Below, in pieces: positions 52,867 to 63,075 of a DNA stretch of 64,000 nt. The notes beneath the pieces were generated by a model. The model was not told where the DNA came from and searched no databases. It was given only the letters and a program-made list of their open reading frames with translations. Location: positions 3,616,001 to 3,680,000 of the forward strand of contig OZ245015.1 of the NCBI GenBank assembly GCA_965223705.1. Reading direction: 5' to 3'. Both the position numbers and the translations under genes were made by a program. Each line of letters starts with the position of its first letter. Position 1 is the stretch's first letter. The stretch comes from Myxococcota bacterium (GTDB taxonomy: Bacteria; Myxococcota_A; UBA9160; UBA6930).

Positions 52867-53459
52867 GTTTTTCACTGCCTAAACTTCCCTACCCCGAAGA
52901 TGCGTTGGCACCTACCGTCGGCCCGCGCACCGTCGGCATTCACTACAACAAGCATCACCGGGGTTACGTCGACAAGCTGAACAAGGCTGTCGAAAACAAG
53001 CCCGATGAAGAGAAATCCCTCGAGGACCTTATCCAAACCGCTGGCGGAGCCCTCTACAATCACGCGGCCCAGGTCTGGAATCACACCTTCTACTGGCAGA
53101 GCATGAGTCCCGACGGAGGCGGGGAGCCTGCGGGAGCGCTCAAGGACGCCCTCGTCGAGGGTTTCGGGTCCGTCGCCGAGTTTAAGGACCGCTTCTCAGA
53201 GGCCGCCGCCGGAGAGTTCGGTTCGGGATGGGCGTGGCTCGTTCTGGACGACCGGGGACGCCTTCGCGTGACGAGCAGCTCCGATGCGGAAAACCCGCTC
53301 CAGAAGGGGCACACGCCACTTCTCACACTCGACGTATGGGAGCACGCCTACTACCTCGACTATCAGAACGAGCGCCCGCGCTACATCGAGGGTTTCCTCG
53401 ATCGGTTGATTCATTGGGAGTTCGCCGCGGCGAACCTCGAGCGGGCGCGACGGAGCTAG
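52863..53459 (+). CDS. Fe/Mn superoxide dismutase
   Basis: HYNKHH, AQVWNH, FGSGWAWL, DVWEHAYY. Confidence 0.95.
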   Translation: MSFSLPKLPYPEDALAPTVGPRTVGIHYNKHHRGYVDKLNKAVENKPDEEKSLEDLIQTAGGALYNHAAQVWNHTFYWQSMSPDGGGEPAGALKDALVEGFGSVAEFKDRFSEAAAGEFGSGWAWLVLDDRGRLRVTSSSDAENPLQKGHTPLLTLDVWEHAYYLDYQNERPRYIEGFLDRLIHWEFAAANLERARRS

Positions 53460-54361
53460 TCGCGACTTAGCGCCAGCGTTGTTTCGGGCTCCGTCGGGAT
53501 CAGGACCTCGAGAGCGCGCGGCACGATTTCGACGGTCGCAGGCGTAAACGTGACGATGTCTCCGTCGGTCGCTACGGGAAGACGTCGTGAAGTAGAGAGC
53601 CCGACTCGGCGCGCGCTTCTCTGGTCCACACCGGGCTGTCGATCGCGGTCGCCGCGGGCCAGTCGCGGCCCCAAGGCGAGAAGACGGAGCAGCCGTTGCG
53701 GGCGGATGCTTGAGACATGCAGCACACCGTCGTCAAGGTAGGCGTCGTTGGAGATGACGATCCCACCTCCGTGGGTTCGGCCGTTCGCGACCACTAGATG
53801 AACCGAAGCCAAGATCTCCCGGGAACCGTCGAGCTCGAGCTCGACGCGGAAGCGTCGGCGCTGGCGCAGTGCCGTGATGAATCGGGTCACCTGGCTAAAG
53901 CGGCGCCAGCGTCGCTTGGCTTCGGGTTCCATCTGCGCCGAGACCGCGGCGCCGATTCCCACGGTCGCAGCGTTGAAGAAGTAGTGTCCGTTGACTCGGG
54001 AGACGTCGATACGCGCCGTCTTGGCGTTCCGCAAAGCGGAGCAGGCATCTTCGACTTGGAGCGGCATGCCGAGACCACGGGCCAGATCGTTGGAATTGCC
54101 GAAGGGAAGCAGACCTACCGGCCGATCGGCAGCCACAAGCGCCCCGGCCGACCGCGCAATCGTGCCGTCGCCGCTCCCGATGATTAGCCAATCGCAGCGC
54201 GCCGCCGCCGCTTCGATGTGGTCGGAAAAGTTCTCCGGCGTGTCGACGGAGATCAACTCGAGTTCACTTCCGTCCCGAAGGTTCCGAACCGCATGTTCCA
54301 GATCGGCCGGACAGCGGGAAGCGAGACGATTCACGACCAGGGCGATACGTCTTCGCGTCAC
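53456..54361 (-). CDS. Diacylglycerol/lipid kinase (YegS-like)
   Basis: GSGDGT, PFGNSND, NG..HGGG, TDGD. Confidence 0.88.
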   Translation of the reverse strand: MTRRRIALVVNRLASRCPADLEHAVRNLRDGSELELISVDTPENFSDHIEAAAARCDWLIIGSGDGTIARSAGALVAADRPVGLLPFGNSNDLARGLGMPLQVEDACSALRNAKTARIDVSRVNGHYFFNAATVGIGAAVSAQMEPEAKRRWRRFSQVTRFITALRQRRRFRVELELDGSREILASVHLVVANGRTHGGGIVISNDAYLDDGVLHVSSIRPQRLLRLLALGPRLARGDRDRQPGVDQRSARRVGLSTSRRLPVATDGDIVTFTPATVEIVPRALEVLIPTEPETTLALSRD

Positions 54362-55206
54362 GAGGCTGCCCCGTCGATCCCGGTGCGAAGCTCACCGCCA
54401 CTCGGACGCGCGAAACGGTGGTGACTCACGGGCGTAAAAGACCGAGGGTCACCCAGGTACAAGTAGTGCGTGATTTCAACGGTTTCGTCGCTGAGATCGA
54501 TCCAGTTGAAGGAATTACTCTCGCGTTCGAGGCCACGGCCACGACGCGAAGTGCTGGTACCGCACTGGGCGACGATGATCCCGTGATCGCGGCGCGCACC
54601 GGCGTACACGTCGAGGGAGTTTCCCAGATAGGCCCGGTGAAGATGACCGGAGAGAACCAAATCCACCTTGAGTTCGGTGAACGTTTCGAGGGCGCGCTTC
54701 GCCCGTGCCATCGGACGGCTTCGTTCGTAGGTCGGCCCGGGAACCAAGTGGTGGTGTAAGACGACGACCCGCCACGCGTCGGAGCTCGCGGTAGAGAAGG
54801 TCGCTCGGCAGAGATCGAGTTGCGAGCGGTGAAGCCGTCCGTTCGCCACCGAGCGGTACGGATCCGAAGAATCGAGGCCCACCAGCACGACGTCCGGAAA
54901 GGTGAGGACTCGATTGGTCTCGGGGTGGATGAACTCTCGATAGAGCGCCCTGGGAGAAAGTAGGCGCTCCCATACGCGGTAGAGCGGGATGTCGTGGTTG
55001 CCGGGAACCGTCAAAGGGGTTCCCGAAAAGCGCGTCAGGAAACGCTTCGCTTCCCGGAACTCGCGCGGTTTCGCGCGCTGGGTGAGATCGCCGGAGACGA
55101 CGACCAGATCCGGTCCGAGCTCGTGAACGCGCCGCACCAATGCCTCGCAAACCTCCGGCACCACCGGGTCGCCGAAGTGGAGGTCTGAGATGTGCGCGAT
55201 GTGCAT
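54358..55206 (-). CDS. Calcineurin-like metallophosphoesterase
   Basis: SDLHFG, SGDLT, PGNHD, GHLH. Confidence 0.9.
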   Translation of the reverse strand: MHIAHISDLHFGDPVVPEVCEALVRRVHELGPDLVVVSGDLTQRAKPREFREAKRFLTRFSGTPLTVPGNHDIPLYRVWERLLSPRALYREFIHPETNRVLTFPDVVLVGLDSSDPYRSVANGRLHRSQLDLCRATFSTASSDAWRVVVLHHHLVPGPTYERSRPMARAKRALETFTELKVDLVLSGHLHRAYLGNSLDVYAGARRDHGIIVAQCGTSTSRRGRGLERESNSFNWIDLSDETVEITHYLYLGDPRSFTPVSHHRFARPSGGELRTGIDGAAS

Positions 55207-55264
55207 TCGTCTCCTTCCAGGCGAGCGGGCACGTCCCTTGCACAACTCGGACCACGAGGTCCCG

Positions 55265-55465
55265 ATGTCATCCAACGTACCGCAACCGACCTGCTTGAAC
55301 CCCGCCTGCTTTTGCCGCGGGGGTGACGGGAGGCGTGCCTTCTGCTGCGACTACTGCGAGATACAACACGTCGACGACGAGATCGAGGTCAATCCCTGCG
55401 CTTGTGGGCATTCCGCCTGTGAGGCGCAGCGTTTGAAAAATCAACAACTGAGGGAGGAAAAATGA
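55265..55465 (+). CDS. Second metallothionein-like protein
   Basis: CLNPACFC..FCCDYC..CACGHSAC; sigma-54 motif 55227-55242. Confidence 0.72.
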   Translation: MSSNVPQPTCLNPACFCRGGDGRRAFCCDYCEIQHVDDEIEVNPCACGHSACEAQRLKNQQLREEK

Positions 55466-55998
55466 CAACGATTCGTTGCCTAGCGAAGCTTGTGTTGATC
55501 TTGATCGGGGCCGCCCTAGCCGCCTGCTCGACGACCCGGTCGATCGGCGAGCAAGTGTCCGACGCGTCGATTACCTCGACCGTGAACGCGAAATTCGCGG
55601 CCGATCCGGAAGTGAACCCCTTCGAAATCGACGTCGACACGCAAGCGGGCGTGGTCACCTTGAGTGGCTTTGTCGAGACCGAGGCCGAACGCGCCGAGGC
55701 GGAAGACCTCGCTCACGACACGAACGGCGTGAAGAGGGTTGTCAACAACATCCAGATGGGAGATCTCAGTGCGTCCGAAGTCGTGAACGACGCCCGGATC
55801 ACGGCCCGCCTGAAGTCGAAGCTCGCCGCCGACCCTCAGGTTTCGGCCATCAATATCGATGTCGATGTCGATGTCGACCGTGGCGTGGTCACCCTGCGCG
55901 GCGTGGTGTCGGAAGCGTCTTCGAAGGAAGAAGCGGAACGCCTTGCTCGGGCAACCGGTGGCGTGACGGATGTGCGGAACGAAATCGAAGTGAGGTAG
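55462..55998 (+). CDS. Dual-BON (OsmY-like) lipoprotein
   Basis: LAAC lipobox and two BON domains. Confidence 0.9.
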   Translation: MTTIRCLAKLVLILIGAALAACSTTRSIGEQVSDASITSTVNAKFAADPEVNPFEIDVDTQAGVVTLSGFVETEAERAEAEDLAHDTNGVKRVVNNIQMGDLSASEVVNDARITARLKSKLAADPQVSAINIDVDVDVDRGVVTLRGVVSEASSKEEAERLARATGGVTDVRNEIEVR

Positions 55999-56061
55999 CC
56001 ACCCCCGCCTGATCGCCCTTCCCCGCACCCGCGGGCGTCGCAAACACCCCTACAACAGAAG

Positions 56062-56093
56062 GGGCCCGAGACGCATTTCTGCGTCTCGGGCCC
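56062..56093. terminator. Hairpin between convergent genes
   Basis: 14-bp stem GGGCCCGAGACGCA-TTTC-TGCGTCTCGGGCCC. Confidence 0.7.
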
Positions 56094-56147
56094 GTCTTGT
56101 CGCCGCCGCCCCTGGAGGGTAGAGCGCGACGCCCCTCTGAGAATCGA

Positions 56148-56498
56148 CTACCAGTATTTATCCGCTTTGTAGTAGTCGTAGATCTGGCTACCAAACGAGC
56201 GGTCGGCCATGTTCGGCCAATTGCTCTTGTCGAACCCGGGTGCGTTCTCGAGCCGTTCCTTGGACTCGTTGAGAACGAAGCGCTTGTTGTCGGCATCGAG
56301 CGCCAGCGCTTGCCAGGGTACTGCAAAGAGCTTGTCGCCGATTCCCAAGAAACCCCCGAAAGAAAGCACGGCGTAGGCGATTCGGTTGTCGTGAACATCG
56401 ACCATGATCTCTTCGATCTTTCCGAGATCGTCGCCAGCGTTGTTCACCACCGAATCTCCGCATACAGAGCTCGCGGATAGAACGGTCGGTTGCATCAT
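56148..56498 (-). CDS. PRC-barrel domain protein
   Basis: G..LGKI...M.D....IAYAVLSFGGFLGIGDKLFAVPW. Confidence 0.9.
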   Translation of the reverse strand: MMQPTVLSASSVCGDSVVNNAGDDLGKIEEIMVDVHDNRIAYAVLSFGGFLGIGDKLFAVPWQALALDADNKRFVLNESKERLENAPGFDKSNWPNMADRSFGSQIYDYYKADKYW

Positions 56499-56753
56499 CT
56501 TGTATCCTCTTGTGCGGCGCGCAGTCGTTTGCGCGCTCGTCCGTGAGTGAGAGCAAGTGTTGTGCCAGAAGCGCAGAGGCGCTTTGGAACGGCACCGAGG
56601 GCCCGGACAATGCAACCTGTACCAAGCGAATTGAAGAAACGACACTGTCAACGGCACCGGTATTGCACCAGTGGCGTTTGCGCAATGGAGGTGACCATGC
56701 GATCGGTCCGGATCGCGACCGCACAGCACGATCATCAGGGGACGACCAACTAG

Positions 56754-58058
56754 ATGCGCGTTTTTCGATGGGCAGCCCAGCTAGCGAGCGTCTGGGAAAC
56801 GATTCGTGCGAGCTATTGGTTCGTGCCCACGGTTATGGCGATCGCGTCAGTGATCGCTGCCGCAGCCATGCTTCGCATCGATGCCACGGTGGACAGCGAC
56901 TGGGTGGTGAGGCTGCCCTGGATCTACACAACCACGGCCGAGGGGGGCCGCTCCGTTCTGAGCGTGATCGCGGGATCGATGATCACCGTGACCGGCGTGG
57001 TGTTTTCCATCACGATCGTGGCCCTGACCCTCGCATCTTCCCAGTTCGGCCCCCGACTCCTTCGCAACTTCATGCGCGATCGCGCGAGCCAGGCTGTGAT
57101 GGGCACCTTCGTCGCCACCTTCCTCTTCAGCCTGATCGTCTTGCGCGCGATCGCGCCCGGCGAGCAACCATTTATTCCGTACCTATCGATGGCCGCCGCC
57201 GCGCTCCTGGGGGTAGCCAGCCTGTTCGTCCTGATCTTCTTCATCCACCACGCCGCCAGCTCGATCCAAGTGGCGGAGGTCGTGCAAAACGTCGTCCGAG
57301 AGATCGACGAAATCCTTCCCGAACTTTTTCCCGAGACACTCGGCGAAGAAGCTCCGATCTCCGCGCAGGCAGCCGGCACGATCGAGACGAACTATGCCGC
57401 CGCCTGGCCGGTCACCGCCGAACGGGAGGGTTACGTTCGGGTCGTCGGTGCCGACAGCCTGCTGCGAGTGGCTAGGGACTGCGACCTCCTGGTCTGGATC
57501 GAATGCCCACCGGGCACCTTCGTTTCGAGACCTACCGTTCTTGCCCGAATCTGGGGTTGCGACCCCGAACGAGCGATCGAGACGGAGATTCGAGACGCGT
57601 TTGCCATCGGACTGCGGAGAACACCGGTCCAAGATCTGCCGTTCTTGACGGGGCAACTGACGGAAATGGCGGTGCGCGCACTCTCACCAGGTACGAATGA
57701 TCCGCAGACGGCCGTGGCTTGCACCGAACGGTTGGGTGCGGTGCTCGAGACGCTGGCATCGCGGGAATTTCCAGGTGCACACCGACGCGACGAGAGCGGC
57801 ATCGTACGTGTCGTCAGCCCGGTGTTCCAGTTCGAAACACTTGTCGCCGAAACGCTTGGCCCGATTCGTCACTACGGAGGGAGCGACGTCGATGTCGTTC
57901 TCGCGCTGTTCCGAGCGGTGGAGGTCACGATCGCGGCGAGCCGGCCAGAACGAAGGGCGTTTCTCGAGAAGTTTCGCCGAGAGATCTTCGAAACCGCGAT
58001 GACGGAAATCTCCGCAGCGACGGATCGTGCGCGGATAGAAAGGCAGGCCGACGCGTGA
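56754..58058 (+). CDS. DUF2254 membrane protein
   Basis: SYWFVP, LASSQFGPRLL, RALSPG.NDP.TA. Confidence 0.88.
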   Translation: MRVFRWAAQLASVWETIRASYWFVPTVMAIASVIAAAAMLRIDATVDSDWVVRLPWIYTTTAEGGRSVLSVIAGSMITVTGVVFSITIVALTLASSQFGPRLLRNFMRDRASQAVMGTFVATFLFSLIVLRAIAPGEQPFIPYLSMAAAALLGVASLFVLIFFIHHAASSIQVAEVVQNVVREIDEILPELFPETLGEEAPISAQAAGTIETNYAAAWPVTAEREGYVRVVGADSLLRVARDCDLLVWIECPPGTFVSRPTVLARIWGCDPERAIETEIRDAFAIGLRRTPVQDLPFLTGQLTEMAVRALSPGTNDPQTAVACTERLGAVLETLASREFPGAHRRDESGIVRVVSPVFQFETLVAETLGPIRHYGGSDVDVVLALFRAVEVTIAASRPERRAFLEKFRREIFETAMTEISAATDRARIERQADA

Positions 58059-59362
58059 GCGCGTCCAAGATTCTTTTCTTCGTTTTTCTAATTTTCTCGT
58101 TCACTTGCGGAGCGCTGGAAGTCCTTGCCCAGGACGATGCGGAGGTCACCGACAAAGAACTCGAGACTGCCCTGGACCGGAGTTCCGACGAAGCGATCGC
58201 ACAACGGTTGCGCGCCACGTTCAGCGCGCTGCCCGATCTTGCGCCGGTCGCCGTCTCTGTCGAAGCCGGGGTCGTGACACTCCGCGGCTCCGTGGACAGC
58301 GGTCGCAGCCGCGAGCTCGCGGGAGAGCTGGCCGCCCAGATTTCGGAGGTCGCTGCGGTCTCGAACCGCATCGAGGAGAGCCGCTCGGTATCTCGCCGTC
58401 TGTCTGTGGCTCTCGAACGCCTCGAAAGTCGCACCTGGATCCTCCTCGAATCGCTTCCGTTATTGATCTTGGCGCTATTGGTGGTGGTGCTCGCATGGAT
58501 CGCGGCCCGGCTGCTCGCCCGCTGGGGAGCGCTTCTCGACTGGCTGTCGGACAACCCCTTCGTCCGCGACCTGCTCCGCCAGCTGCTGCGCTTCGCGGTG
58601 TTCTCGATCGGGGTCTTGCTCGCCCTAGAAATCCTCGATGCCACCGCCCTGGTCGGTGCGGTGCTCGGCGCCGCCGGGGTTGTGGGCCTTGCCGTCGGGT
58701 TTGCGTTCCGCGATCTGGTCGAGAACTACATTGCGAGCGTGCTTCTGAGTTTGCGCCAGCCGTTCGCGCCCAACGACCTGGTGCAGATCGGCGATCACGA
58801 AGGGCGCGTGGCACGCCTGACTTCTCGTGCGACGATTCTTGTCACCGCCGAAGGCAATCACGTGCGGATCCCGAACGGGGCCGTTTTCAAATCGACGATC
58901 GTGAACATGACGCGCAAGCCGGAGCGTCGCTTTTCGATCGCCGTGGGCGTCGGTGTCGATGAGGATCTCGTCGCAGCGCAAGATCTCGGCGTCGAGACGC
59001 TCCGACAGATGGACGGGGTGCTCGAGCGTCCCGGGCCGACCGCACAGATCGAGGCCTTGGGTGACTCGAGTGTTCTCGTGACGCTCTACGGTTGGGTGGA
59101 TCAAAACGCCTCTGACTATCTCAAGGTCAAGAGCGAAGCCACGCGATTGGTGAAGCAGGCCTTCGACCGGCGCGGGATCGAAATGCCCGAGCCGATTCAC
59201 CGGCTCCGCCTCGAGAAACTCGCCTCGGTCGCACCCCCGCCCCCTCCCCAACCCGAGGGCGAGGCGCGCGACGTTACCCGCGATGCGCACCTCGATGAGC
59301 TCGTGCGCGACGAGCAGGAGGGGGATGAAAACTTGCTCACACAGGACGGAAACGCGGAGTAA
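58055..59362 (+). CDS. BON-domain plus MscS fusion
   Basis: N-terminal BON, GLAVGFAFRD..ENY. Confidence 0.88.
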   Translation: MSASKILFFVFLIFSFTCGALEVLAQDDAEVTDKELETALDRSSDEAIAQRLRATFSALPDLAPVAVSVEAGVVTLRGSVDSGRSRELAGELAAQISEVAAVSNRIEESRSVSRRLSVALERLESRTWILLESLPLLILALLVVVLAWIAARLLARWGALLDWLSDNPFVRDLLRQLLRFAVFSIGVLLALEILDATALVGAVLGAAGVVGLAVGFAFRDLVENYIASVLLSLRQPFAPNDLVQIGDHEGRVARLTSRATILVTAEGNHVRIPNGAVFKSTIVNMTRKPERRFSIAVGVGVDEDLVAAQDLGVETLRQMDGVLERPGPTAQIEALGDSSVLVTLYGWVDQNASDYLKVKSEATRLVKQAFDRRGIEMPEPIHRLRLEKLASVAPPPPPQPEGEARDVTRDAHLDELVRDEQEGDENLLTQDGNAE

Positions 59363-59364
59363 CG

Positions 59365-60315
59365 ATGGACGAACAACCGGAAAAAAGCGCGACGGCAGAG
59401 GTTCCGGACCCCGAGCCCCTGACGTTCAACGGGGCTCTCGAACGGATCCTCGAGCGACTCCACGAGTGGGGTCAGACATTCTTCGAGTTGCTTCCCAACA
59501 TCGTCGTCGCTTTGGTGGTAGTAATTGCCTTCGCGCTCGCCGGGCGCATTGTTGGGCGGCTCGTGCGGAAAGGATTGGCACGTGTTGCGCACAACGATCA
59601 GCTCGCTGCCCTTGCCTCGGTGGCCATCCGACTCGCTTTCGTCGCCGTCGGAATTTTTATCGGCCTGGGGCTCCTGAATCTCGACAAAGCGCTGACATCG
59701 CTCCTCGCCGGGGTCGGAATTGTCGGACTAGCCTTGGGCTTCGCGTTCCAGGACATCGCGGCGAATTTTATGTCGGGCTCGATCATGGCTCTTCGCCAGC
59801 CCTTCCAGCTCGGCGACCTGGTCGAGACCCACGGCTACATGGGCACCGTGGAGCGGGTGAGCCTTCGGGCGACAGTCCTCCGTCTTTTCACCGGCCAGGA
59901 GGTAATTCTTCCGAACAAGGATGTCTTGCAGAATCCGATAAAAAACTACAGTCGCACGGGCGAGCGTCGGGTCGACATCGATTTGGGGGTATCGTATGAC
60001 GCCGACCTCGAGCGTGCGCGACAGGTCGCAGTCTCTGCGGTCGAGGCCCTCGACTATCGAGATCCCGAGCGAGAGGTCGAGTTCTACTACACGGAGTTCG
60101 GTGATAGTGCCATCGGTCTTTCGATACGCTTTTGGATCGATCTCGGCTCCGACCGAGCGAACTTTCTCGAGGCGCGGTCTCGAGCCGTGGTTGCCGTTCG
60201 GCGGGCCTTCCGAGAAGCCGATCTCGAGATTCCCTTCCCCATCCGAACCCTGGATCTCGGCCGATCCGCGTCGAACGCCCTTCGAGCGCTCGCGGAGCCC
60301 CGACCCGGGCGATGA
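59365..60315 (+). CDS. MscS-family mechanosensitive channel
   Basis: GLALGFAFQDI..NF, IPFPIRTL. Confidence 0.9.
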   Translation: MDEQPEKSATAEVPDPEPLTFNGALERILERLHEWGQTFFELLPNIVVALVVVIAFALAGRIVGRLVRKGLARVAHNDQLAALASVAIRLAFVAVGIFIGLGLLNLDKALTSLLAGVGIVGLALGFAFQDIAANFMSGSIMALRQPFQLGDLVETHGYMGTVERVSLRATVLRLFTGQEVILPNKDVLQNPIKNYSRTGERRVDIDLGVSYDADLERARQVAVSAVEALDYRDPEREVEFYYTEFGDSAIGLSIRFWIDLGSDRANFLEARSRAVVAVRRAFREADLEIPFPIRTLDLGRSASNALRALAEPRPGR

Positions 60316-60330
60316 GTCCGGAAGCGAGGC

Positions 60331-61071
60331 CTAGTCTCCAGATAGGTGCTTTCGTCGACCCTCACGGTCGAGTGGGAATCCGAAACGATCGCCATCGTCC
60401 CATCGCTTCGGTTGATTGCCCCCGACCGGAAAGCCACCCTTCTCCTTGAGCATCTGCGCCATGTGCATGAGGTTGTACGTCATGATCGTCGTGTTCTTGT
60501 TCGTGAAGTCGTTGGCAAAGCCCACTGGCGTCGCACCTTTGTCGTCGGCGTCGCCGTAGCTGGGGCCAGGGCCGGCTTCGCCGATCCAACCCGCGTCCGC
60601 CTGGGGTGGAATGCAATAGCCGATATGCTGAAGTGCATACAGGATCCGGCTGCCGCATGCTTTGATCCCGTCCTCATTCCCCGTAACGAGGCAGCCTCCC
60701 ACCTTCCCGTAGTAGGCGTACTGGCCGGCTTCGTTTGTCTTCGAGCTGCTGCTGTACAGGCGTTCGAGTACGAGCGCGCAGACGCTCGAAATCGCACCGA
60801 GCCAGATGGGCGTCCCGACCACCAAGATGTCCGCCTGCATGACTCGTTCATAGAGCCGTGGCCAGTCATCCGTCTCAACCCCTTCGTCGGTCATGTCCGG
60901 GGCGATCCCGAAGGCAACGCCGTGCTCCTGGACGTGAATCGACTCGGCGGCGACGCCGCGGTCGCTCATCACTGCGATCGAGTGATCCAAGAGCGTCTGG
61001 GTATGAGACGAAGCATTGTCCTTCTTCAGACTGCAGTTCAGGTAGAGGGCGTTGAGCCCGGAGAAGTCCAT
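60331..61071 (-). CDS. Flavodoxin-fold (NADPH-dependent FMN reductase-like) protein
   Basis: NCSLK, GTPIWLG, TGNEDG, GEAGPGPSY. Confidence 0.85.
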   Translation of the reverse strand: MDFSGLNALYLNCSLKKDNASSHTQTLLDHSIAVMSDRGVAAESIHVQEHGVAFGIAPDMTDEGVETDDWPRLYERVMQADILVVGTPIWLGAISSVCALVLERLYSSSSKTNEAGQYAYYGKVGGCLVTGNEDGIKACGSRILYALQHIGYCIPPQADAGWIGEAGPGPSYGDADDKGATPVGFANDFTNKNTTIMTYNLMHMAQMLKEKGGFPVGGNQPKRWDDGDRFGFPLDREGRRKHLSGD

Positions 61072-61085
61072 GTCAGAGTCTCCTA

Positions 61086-62020
61086 TCAGTTGCGCCTCGT
61101 TAGCGGGTTTCTCGGACTCTCGCCGGTTTTCCCGACCGGTGGGCGGGGAAGGTTCCCACTCCGCCCGTCGCTCTCGTCCGACGAGAGCAGACGCGCTGCC
61201 GCGACGCCGATCGCCAATCCGAGGGTGACGAAGCCCGCTCCGGCGAGGGCTCGTCGCCGCCGTGCCGTCCGAGATTGAGCCAAGATCTCTTCGGCCGCAG
61301 CGTACGCGGCCGGCGCGTTGAGTAAGAGCTTGGACAAGAACATAAGATCCTCCGGTATGGACCGCTCTCAGGGATCGGGTGCATCACCCAGCGCGGCGTT
61401 GATTTCCTCGCTCAGAAAGCTCGCCGCAAAGCGGGCGCCTACACCGAGCAGGATCGTGGTGGCGCTCCGCGGGAGACCGCCTCCCGCGGCGAAACCGAGT
61501 CCCGCCGCGACGAGCGCCGCGCCAATGGGATAGTCCTGCACGCGGCGGCGCAGGAACCCGCCGGTGTCCTCAGCGAGGCGTGCCGCCTCTTCTCGGATCT
61601 CGGCCCACTCGGCGAGCTGCTCCTCGTCAGGGGGTGACGGTCGCGCAGGGTCCCACTTCGTCACGACCGCCGTCCGACTCGAGTGAGTTTCGCGGCGAGA
61701 AAGCCGACGACGAAGGTGCCGGTCAGGGAAGCGACGGGATGCTCACGGATCAATTTTCGCAACCCGGCGAGCTTACGCGGCTGCGCAACCGTCTCTCGCT
61801 GTGTCATTGGTTGGCTCAATGCATTCTCCTATCTGCGTCCAAGCCACCAGCCCGCGAGAAACGCGCCACCGGCCCAGGACAGGGGCTTCCGTCGAATCCA
61901 CTCGCGCGCTCGCACCGAGCGCCGCGCCGCAGTCCGCAAGCGCTCGACCGCCACCTGAAGCTCGACTTGGCGCCTGGCCATTTCACGTCGAAGCTGCTCG
62001 ATGTCCTCATCCATGCTCAA
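61086..62020 (-). other. Four small membrane-tailed ORFs, ElaB/YqjD-like (61086-61343, 61368-61664, ~61661-61819, 61829-62020)
   Basis: Abutting ORFs, mostly with a P...hydrophobic G(F/W) tail. Confidence 0.55.
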
Positions 62021-62361
62021 GGCCTCGCACGCTCGTCGCCTTCGGAGCTCAGCCTTTGCGCCCGACGTCGAGACAAAGCAACGGCAAGCGCGGCGAGGAT
62101 GGCGTCCGCGAGACCGACGAGGGCACTTGCCGCCGCGCGCGACATCACGTCGGAGAGCAACTCGACCCCCGAATACGACAGCCAGAAGAGTGCGACCACC
62201 GCAATCAGAAGGGCGCCGAGACCGAGGAGAGCGCTCTCGCTGACCAGGCGAATCTCGGCGACGAGCAGGTCGATGCGTGCGAGCAGCAGCTTCTGCCCAC
62301 TGTCATACACCCTCTCCGCCGCGCCGACGACGTCTCGGCTTGACACGGCTCTCGGTTCCAC
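62017..62361 (-). CDS. YqjE-like (holin superfamily) membrane protein
   Basis: ARIDLLVAEI followed by two TM helices; ElaB-like neighbours. Confidence 0.6.
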   Translation of the reverse strand: MEPRAVSSRDVVGAAERVYDSGQKLLLARIDLLVAEIRLVSESALLGLGALLIAVVALFWLSYSGVELLSDVMSRAAASALVGLADAILAALAVALSRRRAQRLSSEGDERARP

Positions 62362-62373
62362 AGCGCGCTCCGC

Positions 62374-63075
62374 CTAGCCGATTTCCTCTCGGAAGGCTCC
62401 GGTTGGCTCCGCGCGTTCCTCGATGAAGTCTTGGAAACGCTCGAGATCGCCGCGCACTCGGCGCCGCACAACACCGAGGGTGTCACCCAGGCGCTCAAGC
62501 GCTCCTTCCGGCTGATAGTCCATCTGTAACATCACCTTGCACGTCTCGTCGGTGAGCCGGTGAAAGGTCACGACGCCACCGCGAATCGGACCGGATGTGC
62601 TACGCCACGCAATGCGCCGATCCGGAAGTTGTTCGGTGATCTCCGCGTCCCATTCCTGTGCTTGACCCGCGAACTCGGCTTTCCAGTGCAGATGACGGTT
62701 GTCGATCTGGTGGACACTCTGAATGCCCTGCATAAAGCGAGGAAACTCCTCGAACTGGGTCCACTGGTTGTAGGCCTGCGTCACGGGAACCTCGAGGACG
62801 ATCGATTCTTCGATGTTGCTGGGCGAGTCCGACAGTTGCACCTGCTCGCGGACCCGCTGGTAGCGCTCGCGCAAACGCTGTCGTGTCTCGGGGCCGCTGC
62901 GCGGATTGAGCAGCGTTCCGAGCGCGCCGCCGACGGCCATACCAAAGCCGACGCCTGCCCAGAAGCGGGGATCCGCGCCTGCGGGAGGGCGCCCCCAGTG
63001 GCGCACGGGTGTGCGCCGCAATAGGCGCTGGAGATCGCGCACGGCCGGCAAAAGAGGTTGGCTCGGGTAATTCAT
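62374..63075 (-). CDS. YtxH-like segment plus SRPBCC cyclase domain
   Basis: LL.PRSGPETR; YNQWTQFEEFPRFM; WDAEITEQ.PD. Confidence 0.88.
   Translation of the reverse strand: MNYPSQPLLPAVRDLQRLLRRTPVRHWGRPPAGADPRFWAGVGFGMAVGGALGTLLNPRSGPETRQRLRERYQRVREQVQLSDSPSNIEESIVLEVPVTQAYNQWTQFEEFPRFMQGIQSVHQIDNRHLHWKAEFAGQAQEWDAEITEQLPDRRIAWRSTSGPIRGGVVTFHRLTDETCKVMLQMDYQPEGALERLGDTLGVVRRRVRGDLERFQDFIEERAEPTGAFREEIG

Noticed and set aside
55855..55878. GATGTC tandem repeat as a phase-variation tract
   Set aside because: In-frame 6-bp units giving DVDVDV within a BON strand; no frameshift potential
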